DNA of 58,794 bases, the filler included, from Sanchytrium tribonematis (taxonomy: Eukaryota), in the NCBI GenBank assembly GCA_018985235.1. It is 4 parts of 4 records of this genome, joined end to end, with 100 filler letters (N's around TTAATTAATTAA, not from the genome) between each part and the next. Parts side by side here need not be neighbours in the genome. Positions count along the whole stretch, not along the records: positions 14,820 to 29,448 come from JADGIG010000164.1; positions 29,549 to 44,132 come from JADGIG010000165.1; 2 more parts are not named here. The stretch is one strand, 5' to 3'. Positions within the stretch are counted from its first letter, which is position 1. Each line of letters begins with the position of its first letter. Of this stretch, positions 22,355 through 33,637 are shown one piece after another. The translations under genes were made by a program, and so were the position numbers. The notes below the pieces were generated by a model, which ran no database searches, was not told the origin of the DNA, and was given only the letters and a program-made list of their open reading frames with translations.

Positions 22355-22573
22355 AACTTCAAATGGGGGAAGTGGGAAACGCTTTATAAAGGAGTTGAGT
22401 TTTGGTCATCACATTTGCCCGTACCAAAACGTCTCATTTTTCTACGTTTATATGGGGATGGCCAAGTGCAATTTTAAGAGAAAGAGATTTGTAATTCAGT
22501 AGGACTCTAAAAATACATGATTTATGTATTTATTGATATATTTTGAAATTTTTTTGGGTGAAATCTAAAACAC

Positions 22574-23360
22574 ATGATCAAAAATATATTTTTGGTCATT
22601 CCACCACTCATCACTTTTATTATTATTGAATGGGGGCATGTCACTTCGATACTAATATTTTACAATACTAAACCTGTTTTGCTAGTATTTATAAATATTA
22701 TATATGTATTATTTAGTTGTTTCATTCTTTCAAATTATGAGAGTCCAACCAGGTTTTGCTGAAAGAGAACCTCAACTAACTTATACAATTAGCCATAATG
22801 ATTCTTTGCCCAGATTTTGTGAAATATGCGAACGTCATAAGCCTGATAGAGCACATCATTGTCATATATGTAAAAAGTGTATTTTACGAATGGATCATCA
22901 TTGTCCTTGGGTTTTTAATTGTGTAGGTTTAAAAAATCACAAACTTTTTATTCTCTTCAACCTATATGGAACACTCTACTGCATCATTCTATTCGCATCA
23001 TTATTATTTGTTTATCAAAATGTATCAAATTACAATTTTTCCTTAAATATGGAGCTGAACATATTTATGGGCATGGTGGCTAGCGGTTTGTTTGGAGTAG
23101 CACTTCTTGGATTTTTCATTCTTCACTTAAACTATGCATTCCGAAATCAAACAAGTATGGAATCATTGGGGTATCCGAGAACCCGCTTCACCTCAAGGAG
23201 TTCCTTGAATATTTTTGATCTTGGATACTTTGATAATTTGAAGGCAGTTTTCGGAGATCAGTTACTTTTATGGTTCTTACCCACTTCTCCCAAACTTTCT
23301 ACCGACGGTTACGTCTTTGAGATCAATTCTGAGTCAAGAAGATTATTTGAAGACCATTAG
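22574..23360 (+). CDS. DHHC palmitoyltransferase (Pfa3/Pfa4-like) with an unresolved +1 frame break near 22700-22716
   Basis: [32 protein letters not shown]-terminal TM helices lie in ORF 22574..22762. Confidence 0.8.
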
Positions 23361-23434
23361 GCTATAAAGACGTCGATATTACAATGTGTAACTGATAACC
23401 AAACTTTTAATAAATTTTCTCCGTTCAATTTGTC

Positions 23435-24028
23435 ATGGAATTATATGCAGCCGTGTCTGATTCTTTCATTAAAGAAAGTGATTTCAACTCGCACTCCTCC
23501 TCATTGTTCAATTATGACGCCTATGTCCTTAAGCCAAACAAAAGTATCCTAACGAACCACCATTTATTTGAGCCGAATCAGTTACAAATAATGGATTCTG
23601 TTCATCCACTTGTATTAGTAACATATCCAAAAGAGATTCAGAATGTTCCTCTTGAATATTGGCTATTTTATACTGAAAAATTGAAAACATTTTTATTATC
23701 AAAAAGTGAGCACCGAAAGAGTCTCAAACACCTTTCTGACTACATGATTGTCCATAAACACAATGCCATAGCTTTTTTTGCTTTCATTAATTATATAGAA
23801 ACGTTTGACCTTCTTGAAAGTGATTTCGAATACAATGAGCAATATTTTAGGGCTTTGTTGCGATATTGTCAGATTGACTTCTTATGTGATAGCAGGTATA
23901 TAAACACTTTATTAGAAAGCAGTAAAATATCTCTAACGGACAAAAAATCAATAATTGAAAGGCGGTCAAAATATTTAAAATTAAATTCAGAACAGTTTAC
24001 TTTTCTTGCAAACTATAAAGCCATGTAG
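23435..24028 (+). CDS. Hypothetical protein
   Basis: 197-aa ATG ORF filling the gap between genes; no recognised motif. Confidence 0.55.
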   Translation: MELYAAVSDSFIKESDFNSHSSSLFNYDAYVLKPNKSILTNHHLFEPNQLQIMDSVHPLVLVTYPKEIQNVPLEYWLFYTEKLKTFLLSKSEHRKSLKHLSDYMIVHKHNAIAFFAFINYIETFDLLESDFEYNEQYFRALLRYCQIDFLCDSRYINTLLESSKISLTDKKSIIERRSKYLKLNSEQFTFLANYKAM

Positions 24029-24137
24029 CAACTGATTCAAATACGATATAAATAAAAATTTTATCATTTGCTCTTCATTACAAACCTCATAAATCCTTCA
24101 TTATGTTCCAAATAATTGTCCTGAAACCAAAACTGTC

Positions 24138-25881
24138 ATGGATTCAACTGATATCAAAAAGGATATCCAGGCTTTTTTTAGCGGCTTTTTTCAAAGGTTT
24201 CCCACTACTGTTCATTGCGATGATATTCTTCCGTTAAGCAAAGTTTTAATGCAAAAATTTAATAGAAAGGCTCAATTGAAAGATATCAAAAACACTGAGT
24301 ATGATATTGTTATAATTGGAGGAGGTGCAACGGGTGCTGGCTGTTGCTTTCATGCAACAAATCGCGGACTTAAAACTTGCATGCTGGAAGCTAATGATTT
24401 TGGCAGTCAAACTTCTTCCAAGTCTACAAAGTTGTTACATGGCGGAATTCGTTATCTCGAAAAAGCTTTTTGGAACCTGGACAAAAGGCAATATGATCTA
24501 GTTACAGAAGCTCTGCATGAACGAAAGCATTTTTTTGATTTGGCACCTCAGCTCTGCTATAATATCCCTATTTTAATTCCAGCAGACAAATACTGGAGAC
24601 TCCCTTACTTTTATGCAGGAGCAAAAATGTACGATTGGCTTTCAGGTAAAGAGTCGCTGAACCCTTCTTATTACTTATCCAAAAAATTAATGAAATCATT
24701 TTTTCCGACCTTGAATCACGATCGATTTGTTGGTGGTGTTATTTATTATGATGGTATGCAAGACGATGCAAGGATGAATTTAATGCTGACACTAACAAGT
24801 GCTTATCACGGTGCGAATGTTCTTAATCATGCATCTGTTACCAGTTTTAACAAAGAGAATGGTAAATTGGTATCGGTGTCAGCAAAAGATGCTATTTCTG
24901 GAGAAAATTTTACAGTCAGAGGAAAATGTTTTGTGAATGCTACAGGGCCTTTCACAGACTCTATTATGAGGATGGATAATCCAGATCATGTTAATTTGGT
25001 AGTACCCTCAATTGGTACTCACATCACTTTGCCATCTCATGTGTGTCCCAAAAACATGGGCATCGTTGATCCAAGTAGTGATGGAAGAGTCACTTATTTA
25101 CTGCCTTGGTTAAATGAAGCAATTGCTGGAACGACAGATGAAAAATGTGATTTGAAATATGATCCAAAACCTTCTAAACGAGAAGTTGACTGGATTCTAA
25201 GTGAAATCAACGATTATCTGCACCCCGACTTAAACATAGATCATTCAGATATAAAAAGTACTTGGAGTGGAATCAGACCACTTATACGAGACCCAGAAGC
25301 TAAAGACACTTCTCAGTTGGTTCGAAGTCATAAAGTATTGAATAGTGAATCTGGACTTATTTCTATAGTTGGGGGCAAATGGACTACCTATAGGGCGATG
25401 GCAAAAGACACTATAGACGAGACACTTAAATTTGGACTGATTGAAAGAGAGACCAAAAAATCGAAAATTTTAGGAGCCGATAATTGGAATCAGTTTTATT
25501 TTGCAAAGCTTATGAAAGATTATCATATCGGTGAAGACGTACTTTGCACTGACTTAGATTGCTCGTCATTTATCTAGAAATTACGGTACTAATGCTTCGT
25601 TACTACTAGAAATGGCTAAGGAAAAAAACTTGGTGGAACGACTCCATCCGGAACACCCTTTTATTTTAGCCGAATTAGACTGGGCTGTACAGTTTGAGAT
25701 GGTTGAGCACGCGGATGACTTTTTATATAGAAGGATAAGATTAGGGTTTCTTGATCAGAGAGCGGTGGATAATGTCAAGGAATCTGTAATTAATAGACTC
25801 GCTCGACTCAATTCATGGTCAAAAAGCAGAATACAGGATGAACTCTCAAGGATTTCTGCAATTCCTGGAACGACTAATTAA
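24138..25881 (+). CDS. GUT2: Mitochondrial FAD glycerol-3-phosphate dehydrogenase (exons 24138-25538, 25558-25881)
   Basis: GGGATGAG, TSSKSTKLLHGGIRYL, GGKWTTYR; splice junction GED|IARHLSRNYG. Confidence 0.95.
25539..25557 (+). other. 19-nt intron GTACTTTGCACTGACTTAG
   Basis: CTGAC branch motif abutting TTAG; removal restores the GUT2 frame. Confidence 0.93.
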
Positions 25882-26255
25882 TTTTAAATAAAGCGCTGAT
25901 AAATTGATGTTTGGTTTCTTTTAGATAGATTAAGCTTCCATCCTTAGGAAACCATATTTTCTATTGTATATGATAGAATTTAGAACATTTCCAAATTACA
26001 AGAATACAAAGAATAATGTAAACTCCTTGACTCCTACATATTTATTTATAAGATCAATCCAGCTTTTCTAACAGAGAGTGGAAAAGTTTCTCATCTATCT
26101 CATTCTCACTGCTTCTGCTCTTTAAATGATTTGACAGTATAACTAATTGTTGGGGATGCTCTTCTAAATAATTTTTTAATTCTTCAATTTGCCGACCAAA
26201 CTTATCTTCAAATTTAAGCAAGAAATTCTCAACACATTCTGTGCAGCACTTTGAA

Positions 26256-26577
26256 TCAGAATTTGGGTTCTGAGAATGTTGACTTGGCTTTTTCCATTGC
26301 CATTTTCTTCAAAGTTTTTAAACCTTCCAGACCTGCAAAGTATAGCCCGAGTAGGCCTCCTGCTACTTTAAAATGCTGAAATGAATGCAAATACAGGGCC
26401 ACAAGAATAATTAAAAGGGATATTCCTAGGTTAGACAAAATTACCTTGAACGCTGTTTACAATACTCAACAATTCTATGACCACCTGGGTCAACATCTGC
26501 GAAGCTGATGACATAAATTTGATGGCCGGAACGATTGCTCCTATTGAAGACTTGATTACTGAAAGCCCTACATTCAT
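26256..26577 (-). CDS. Small hydrophobic membrane protein, 100 aa (exons 26577-26445, 26425-26256)
   Basis: ATG exon joins ORF 26256..26438 via a 19-nt intron with a CTAAC branch site; no family recognised. Confidence 0.6.
26426..26444 (-). other. 19-nt intron GTAATTTTGTCTAACCTAG
   Basis: Matches the consensus of the other introns and removes an in-frame TAA. Confidence 0.8.
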
Positions 26578-26621
26578 ATTTAGATAGTTTCAGGGTTTCA
26601 ATAATTTATGGTTATTTTTGT

Positions 26622-27092
26622 TTATTTCTTGAATGCATTTAAAATTTCCACTTCCTCTTTTGTATTCGAGTAAGAAAGCAGAGATTTATCATCGTTTAGC
26701 AAAAACGAGCTTAAGAGTGGGTTAGACTCGATTATCATCTTGACTTTTTCATTTCGCCCATTAATTGCAATAAGTTCATTTTCAAAATACTGTATTAGAA
26801 CCGAGCCGAAGAGAACTTGATCCAACTGCTTGTGGAATTGGGTAGTTTGAATAGTCATTGGACCTTTAAGTGACCATCCAATTGGGATTCCATAACCATT
26901 AGTACTTTGCAAATATGATAAGTAAGCCTGTTGATATGCTGGTGAAGCTGAAGATTGATTTGGTGGCACAGATGGACAGCAATTAGTAACGTAAGCAATT
27001 CCGTCTTCACAATATCCTAAAAGATGGGTAGTTACGTGTTGCTGGATTTGAATTGCAACATGAGCAGGAACATGAACAGTATGAATTTCCAT
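26622..27092 (-). CDS. Divergent, shortened MPN-domain protein, eIF3h-like
   Basis: LLG...VTNCCP...YQQAYL..L......IGW resembles the eIF3h MPN core. Confidence 0.55.
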   Translation of the reverse strand: MEIHTVHVPAHVAIQIQQHVTTHLLGYCEDGIAYVTNCCPSVPPNQSSASPAYQQAYLSYLQSTNGYGIPIGWSLKGPMTIQTTQFHKQLDQVLFGSVLIQYFENELIAINGRNEKVKMIIESNPLLSSFLLNDDKSLLSYSNTKEEVEILNAFKK

Positions 27093-27169
27093 CCCCTTTT
27101 GAAATTTTGAAAAGCGAAAAAATCAATTAATCTCTGTTGGCATATATGTAACTTAATTCAAATCACAAT

Positions 27170-27252
27170 GGGAAGGTGGCCGAGTGGTCTAAGGCGCTAG
27201 ATTTAGGCTCTAGTGTGCTCTGCACGCATGGGTTCAAATCCCATCCTTCTCA
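27170..27252 (+). tRNA. tRNA-Leu(UAG)
   Basis: Acceptor GGGAAGG/CCTTCTC, D arm, anticodon arm CTAGA-TTTAGGC-TCTAG, long variable arm, ATGGG-TTCAAAT-CCCAT T arm. Confidence 0.95.
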
Positions 27253-27283
27253 CCATTATTTCTTGCCATTAGGGGATAGTCTG

Positions 27284-28393
27284 ATGCACAAATTATTATT
27301 TTGGCCAACTTCAGCAGTGTCTTCCTTCCTTATTTTTGATTACATGAGACATACAGATGCAAAAATCCACTATCTCATATCACACGTATTGAGGCAAATT
27401 GATCCTGAAAATGCTCATAAATTAAGTTTATTTTGTTCTAGTCTTATCAACTTTAAGACTGATAATAATAGCGTAGAGTGTACTATTTTGGGTCATAAAT
27501 TAAAAAGCCCTATTGGGATTGCTGCTGGTTTTTCCAAAAATGGGGAAGCATTAAATCAAATATCCAAAATGGGGTTTGGGCTAATTGAGATAGGCAGTAT
27601 TACTCCCGCTTCTCAGGAAGGAAATGATAAACCCAGAGTTTTTAGAATCGAAGAAGACGGAGCTGTCGTAAATAGATATGGATTTAATTCTGATGGCCAC
27701 GATGTGGTTAAAAGTAGACTACAAGGCTATAGGACGCCTCGCAACGTATTATTTGGAATTAATTTGGGTAAAAACAAAATTCCTCAATATTCGTCTCATG
27801 ATGATTACAATCAAGGAATTCAAACATTTTCAAAATACGCAGATTATTTAGTGATCAACGTATCTAGTCCCAATACACCAGGATTGAGAGCACTGCAATC
27901 GAAGAAGCAGCTTAAAGAATTATTTGCAGGTTTAATCACAGACGGTACTTCTCCAATCTTATTAAAAGTTGCCCCAGATCTGACTAACGACGATATTACA
28001 GATATATGCGAAGTTGTTAAAGAAACTCCTTTTATTAAGGGTCTGATAATTGGAAACACCACCATTACTCGTCCAAATTCTAGTTTTTTAAATTACAATG
28101 AAAGAGGTGGGCTTAGCGGAAAACCACTCTATCCTATAATGAAATCCACTTTAATTAAATTCACAACTCAATTAAAGCATGAAATACTATCTAAAAAACT
28201 TGAAATCATTGGATGTGGAGGGATTTCTACCTCTGATCAAATTATAGAACTTGCTGAATTGGGTTGTTGTGCGGTGCAGTTGTATTCTTCAATGGTTTAT
28301 AATGGAATAAATTTAATCCCAAAGTTAAATTCAGAGATCCTATTGAAATTAAATGGTAGAGACTGGAATTCAATTGTAGGATCTAAATTATGA
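27284..28393 (+). CDS. URA9: Class 2 (mitochondrial) dihydroorotate dehydrogenase
   Basis: PIGIAAGFSKN, GNDKPRVFR, NRYGFNS, NVSSPNTPGLR, GGLSG; first ATG at 27284. Confidence 0.93.
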   Translation: MHKLLFWPTSAVSSFLIFDYMRHTDAKIHYLISHVLRQIDPENAHKLSLFCSSLINFKTDNNSVECTILGHKLKSPIGIAAGFSKNGEALNQISKMGFGLIEIGSITPASQEGNDKPRVFRIEEDGAVVNRYGFNSDGHDVVKSRLQGYRTPRNVLFGINLGKNKIPQYSSHDDYNQGIQTFSKYADYLVINVSSPNTPGLRALQSKKQLKELFAGLITDGTSPILLKVAPDLTNDDITDICEVVKETPFIKGLIIGNTTITRPNSSFLNYNERGGLSGKPLYPIMKSTLIKFTTQLKHEILSKKLEIIGCGGISTSDQIIELAELGCCAVQLYSSMVYNGINLIPKLNSEILLKLNGRDWNSIVGSKL

Positions 28394-29448
28394 TGACAAA
28401 AAATAAATTAAAGGGTCAAACTTGTATGAATAAGGTTTTAATTTGTGGTATGGGCGGAATAGGATGCGAACTGCTTAAAACCATTGCCCGGGACTATGAG
28501 ATAACAACAATAGATCTAGACACCATAGATATAAGTAATTTGAATCGGCAATTGCTTTTTAACGCAAAACATGTCGGAAAACCAAAAGCAATTGTGGCAA
28601 AAGAAGTCATAAAAAATTTATTCGGCGTAGAGATTGAAGCATACTTTGCAAATTTATTTGATCTTGATTTTTCATTCTTTGAAAAATTTGATTTGATTTT
28701 CAATTGCCTGGATAATTACAGTGCAAGATATCACATCAATATTATTTGCCAGGCTTACAAAATACCACTAATCGACATCGGATCCGGCGGTTATATTGGC
28801 CAGGTTAATCCTTATCTTGAAAGTGGCTGCTATGCGTGTGACCCTGAGCCCACCACCGAAACGTTTCCTGTCTGTACTATAAGGTCAAATCCTTCCAAAT
28901 TTATACATGTTGTCAGTTGGTCTAAGGATTATTTACTTCCACAATTGTTCGGCGAGATCTCGTCCACAGAAGATTTACCAGCTGGACTTTCAAGAGAAGA
29001 AAATGAGATTCTTTCGAAACAGCAAAGTACGTTTAAAAATTTACGAAATTATATTAGAGATCCTGAATATTACATAAAGGTTTTTGAAAAAATATTCCAA
29101 TCAGATATCAAAACCATAGCTTCCATGAAGGAATGGAAATCGAACGCTCCCATCGCCATTTCTTCGAATCAGTTAAGTGGCAATTTAATTGAAAAAAACC
29201 CACTAGAAGATTGTGATATTGATTATTATGCCAAATTGTTCAAGAAGTACATTATAAAATTGCAAAGGCGATTCAATGAAGGAGAATTAATTAAATTTGA
29301 CAAAGATGATAAGGATACTTTATTATTTTTAGGTGCGTGTTCTAATTTGCGCGCTTATTGCTTTCATTTAAAGTTAGAAAATATCTTCAAGATTAAAGCC
29401 ATGGCAGGGAAAATCATACCGATCGTTGCCACCACTAATGCTATTGTT
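28390..29448 (+). CDS. UBA2: SUMO-activating enzyme subunit Uba2, 3'-partial
   Basis: GMGGIGCELLK, DTIDISNLNRQ, FPVCTIRSNPS, MAGKIIPIVATTNA. Confidence 0.88.
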
Positions 29449-29548
29449 NNNNNNNNNNNNNNNNNNNNNNNNNNNNNNNNNNNNNNNNNNNNTTAATTAA
29501 TTAANNNNNNNNNNNNNNNNNNNNNNNNNNNNNNNNNNNNNNNNNNNN
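29449..29548. other. Artificial contig linker
   Basis: N44-TTAATTAATTAA-N44. Confidence 0.98.
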
Positions 29549-30279
29549 AAGAAAGCAATTTAAAATTCCAAATTTACACATCGAAAGCCACTTTCGAAGC
29601 AGATAGAATCATTTTAGCCACTGGAGCTTATCAGAGGCCAAAAAGATTATCTTTTCCTTCAGATTATGAAATACCTATGAAAGAGTCCATAAGCTTGGAC
29701 ATTAAATCTGTTTTAATAATTGGAAGTGGTTATAGTGCAGCTGATGCTGTTATTCAGTACCTTGAACGGAATATTAAAGTCTATCATATATTTTATGCCC
29801 TTCCAGAACATCAAAAACTATTGGAGCAATGCTCGCACCGGCACGAATTTCGATTTAAACAATCACCACTTGCTTATTGCCACTCATCTTCTTACCCTAA
29901 ATATGCCGATCTGTATTCCAAAATGAAGAACCCTGACATTATGAAATCTATAACTAAATTGAAGTCTATAGAAATTAGTGACTCTTATATCCCTCTAGCT
30001 GGTTTTGAGGCCATTACAGAGAACCAGATAGCTGATTGCTGCGGACATGTATACCCTATATCTGTCGATTATCACCACACCCTTATTGGGTATCACAATA
30101 TAGGATTTCAAGTGGACGACAATCAATTATATCTACGGAAGCAAACAGAGGATGAGCTACTACCCATGATACAAAGACCCAATATGAACAATTTGTATGT
30201 TTGTGGATCGAACGGAACTGCTTCTTTGATAAGCGACTGCTATGATTCTTGCTATTCCGTGTTTAAAAACCTCGAATAA
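29549..30279 (+). CDS. OSGIN-like flavin oxidoreductase, 5'-partial
   Basis: Frame open from the contig start: IILATGAY..P..L, VLIIGSGYSAADAV, YPKY..LY..M. Confidence 0.65.
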
Positions 30280-30310
30280 ACCTCCGTTGTATCAAATTAA
30301 TCTTTTGCTG

Positions 30311-31579
30311 ATGTCACTTTTGACAGGCCCTTCAGTTGTTCGGGAATACAACCAGCAGCTTAATCACAGCAAGAATATTCAAGTAATCCCTCTTGCTGGT
30401 CTCGGCCACCAAAATTATGTTTACGGGATGGCTTTAACTACAAATCCATTTAGAATACTTCTCACAAGCGATAGTACGGGTGGCATATTTATTTGGGATG
30501 CATTTGCAAGTATAAATGGGGACCAACTTCTCAGCAGAATACACAGACAAGGTTTAGTCGACACAATTACTCGTCAAGGTGTTTTATTAGGCTCTTTTGA
30601 AGCAATCGATAACCCTAGACTACCTGTCAAAACCAATACTTGTGCTCACTCCTTAGCAATTCATAGTCAAGGTGTGTGGTGCCTTGTTGGCACTCAAAAT
30701 GGGTTTTTAAATATGCATTCTGTTAGATATAAACCAGGGACTGTTGTTCATGACTTTGGATCAACTCAGCTAAAGTTCAAAAGGCCTCCTGGACCGATAA
30801 CAGACATCTGTATTAATCAATCACAAGATAAATGTATGACAGGAGATTGGAACGGTGATGTGACTTATTGGGACTTGGTTACCGGAAAAGAGATCGCGAG
30901 ATTTAGAAGCGCGGAAAACTCACAAGTTACTAGCATGAAGTTTGCGAATGTAGAAAGAGGTAAGACATCAGAGTCTGTTGCCTTTTCCACTAACTTGGAT
31001 GGAAGTGTTAATTATATGGATCTCCGCAGTAATAAACAAAAAATAATACATCCTGTTGGAAAAACACCGCCCTGGGCTATGGAGGCTACTGACTCTGACG
31101 ACGGAAGGAAACTTTTAGTAGGAAGAAGAGACAACAAGGTTGATGAATATGACAAGCTGGTTTTTCATAAAGAATATCAGCTACCTGCAGGTAGTGGACC
31201 TGTTTCTCATGCCAAATATCTTCCAAACGGACATGCAATATGTTCTTCCATCGACAATATTAGAGTCTTAAATCTGGTGGACTACGACGCTTTATCTGCA
31301 AAGAAGAAAAATGAAAATGCAACTGAGAATGATTTTTTAACACCTTCCTTAATTCAAAGTTCCCATCACGGGGGACCTATATCAAGACTTGAGCTCGATG
31401 TCAATTACGAATTTATGTTTTCTGGATTGGGCGTTCGTGACTTACCATTAGATGCATTTACGGCTGGTGTTTCCACCACATTTCAGTTAAATTCAAAATC
31501 AAAGAAGCAGAATGAAAGCAATACAGGTCATATAAATTGTCTATTATACCAAGTAAAGCCAGCAATGAATAGCAAATAA
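30311..31579 (+). CDS. SPT8: SAGA subunit Spt8 (WD40)
   Basis: SINGDQLLS..HRQGLVDTITRQGVL, SLAIHSQGVW, TPPWAM, GRR, LPAGSGPVS, SIDNIR, HHGG. Confidence 0.8.
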   Translation: MSLLTGPSVVREYNQQLNHSKNIQVIPLAGLGHQNYVYGMALTTNPFRILLTSDSTGGIFIWDAFASINGDQLLSRIHRQGLVDTITRQGVLLGSFEAIDNPRLPVKTNTCAHSLAIHSQGVWCLVGTQNGFLNMHSVRYKPGTVVHDFGSTQLKFKRPPGPITDICINQSQDKCMTGDWNGDVTYWDLVTGKEIARFRSAENSQVTSMKFANVERGKTSESVAFSTNLDGSVNYMDLRSNKQKIIHPVGKTPPWAMEATDSDDGRKLLVGRRDNKVDEYDKLVFHKEYQLPAGSGPVSHAKYLPNGHAICSSIDNIRVLNLVDYDALSAKKKNENATENDFLTPSLIQSSHHGGPISRLELDVNYEFMFSGLGVRDLPLDAFTAGVSTTFQLNSKSKKQNESNTGHINCLLYQVKPAMNSK

Positions 31580-31600
31580 ATTTGCTTTTTTTTGAAAATT

Positions 31601-31879
31601 ATGAAACAAAATATGGATGACCAAATTACATTCCCTCAAGCAGTAAATGGAATGCTTACCAAAGGGCTGCCTGCAGAAATCATCCCGCATTTAGATTTAT
31701 GGTTTTTACAGCATAATGATAACCTTCTAAATGTAAAAATGCCAAAAAATGCCCTTAAATTCGATGGCAACGCTTCAGAACTTCTCCAAAACTTTGAGAA
31801 GCTTGAAAAGCTAGAGTCCCAATTAGAAGCTAGAAAAACAAGTCTAACCGATTGGCAAAATTTAAATAAAATGAATTAA
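31601..31879 (+). CDS. Hypothetical small coiled-coil protein
   Basis: ATG ORF filling the gap between genes. Confidence 0.45.
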   Translation: MKQNMDDQITFPQAVNGMLTKGLPAEIIPHLDLWFLQHNDNLLNVKMPKNALKFDGNASELLQNFEKLEKLESQLEARKTSLTDWQNLNKMN

Positions 31880-31893
31880 GATTAATTATTGTG

Positions 31894-33637
31894 TTAGAAT
31901 GCAGAAGAATACCTCCTAGAGCCAGGATTCGATTTTGTTTGATCAGGTTTGGAAAGAGCGTCGATAAGATTCTCTAGTTCCATCCGGTCCATGATTCTAT
32001 GGATATGAGGCCAAGATCGGTGTTCGGATATCCTAGTTTTTTCTTCATACCTTTCCTTAGTAGGGTCTGTAAAAGTTTGCAAGAGATCAGAAAGTTTAAA
32101 TTCAGGCTAAATAAAATTCAATTACAGTAATAGTCACATTTCCATGAAATTTTTGCAACCAGATAGCTTCAAAAACTTCCAATAATGGCGGCAGCATTTG
32201 CATTTCCATAGTCACTCGGAGCCATTTCCTTAGGTCCAGTTTTATACTATGCTCCAGAAATGATAAAAAATAGCCACCTCTCCAGCCAGAACCACCACGA
32301 TGTAAATTAGGTTTTCCGGCTGTCCCTTTCTGATTGAAGAAAAAAGGAAGTACGTGAGGATTGACCTGAGAGACTATAGTGAAGTTAATATTTAATTGCT
32401 GATTTAATTCCCTTGGGATGTCCATTCGGAGACTTCCATCTCGGAATTTTTTGCCCCACCCAGTGAATGGAACCATAAAAACTCCAGGCGGTCCTTTAGA
32501 ATAGCTGTCTTTAGGGTGAGGTCTAATATCTTCTGGTATAATTCCATACTTATTTGGAATACTCTTATTTGATTTCATCATTAACGTTACGGGGTGAAGA
32601 ATGGAAGGTAGAGCCGAAGACGCAAGAACTGCAGACCATATAACTACTTGCGGAGCATTTAAGTGATTTAGTAATTTGTTCACCCCAACCTCAGAAACTA
32701 CGCTAATATTCCAAGTTCTACCTGTTCTATGATAAGCTTCCAAAAATGTTAGGTCGCCATACATTGCTCTCATTTGCACAATCCAATTTCTTTCCTCGAA
32801 AAACTTTCCTTCGTTGAATGATCTTCTGAGTTTGACCCAGTTTGATTCTTCACAGGGTCGAAAAAAAGTATGAAAATTTGGATTAAAAAATTCTTTCAAT
32901 TCTTCATCCCTCCAAGTTGCCAAAACGCTACCAAAAAGAGATCCACCACTAGCTCCAGAAAGAACCTTAGGCAAGCAATTATTTTCAAATAAAGATTTTA
33001 TGACACCCACATGATATAAGCAATAGAATGCTCCACCAGATAAATTTAGGGCAGTTCGCCCATACAAGCTGTCTAATTTTAAAAGGAATTCTTGTTTATC
33101 TAAAGCTAAAGAGTGTACAAATTTGACTGCTTCTAGCCTAGTATCCAAAAATTCTCTAATAATTATTTTTGTACCAAGAAACGAACGAGAGTATAGTTCC
33201 TCAGCGTCAATGTTGCCCACATTTGGTTTACAAGCCGACCTTATCAGTATATCTCTACAGAGTTCATAATCGCCTGTAATCATTGCTTCTTTCATATTTC
33301 CCGTGAGTTCTTGCAGAAGTCTGAAGTCGTACAATTTAGAGATATTCTGTTTCTTCCATTCGACAGCTTTTGTGTGGTCATCTAAAAGATTCGCGACCTT
33401 ACAGTACTCGTCAAAATTTTCACATTCAGATAATAATTGCAATAAATGTTTCAATTTTCCATGTACTACAGAGCTTTCGTAACCAAAAACCACAAGCCTA
33501 ACTAGTAAGTATATAGTTAAATCTAAAACCAGGACAATACAAATACCAAGTAAGAAAGGGTACTTCAAAATTCTATGGAAAAAAGATGTATTTTCTCCCA
33601 TAAAGTTTCGAATTAAAAATTTTACAAATTTATTCAC
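31894..33637 (-). CDS. Patatin-like triacylglycerol lipase (Tgl3/4/5 family; exons 33637-32126, 32106-31894)
   Basis: LSGGA, GASGG, DLTFLEAYHRTGR, DG motif, VSQVNPH; splice junction GNVTIT|PEF. Confidence 0.9.
32107..32125 (-). other. 19-nt intron GTAATTGAATTTTATTTAG
   Basis: Joins ORFs 32102..33637 and 31894..32082. Confidence 0.9.

Noticed and set aside
27176..27283. N-terminal extension of DHODH from the GTG at 27176
   Set aside because: It is the tRNA-Leu sequence read in frame; the first ATG is 27284.
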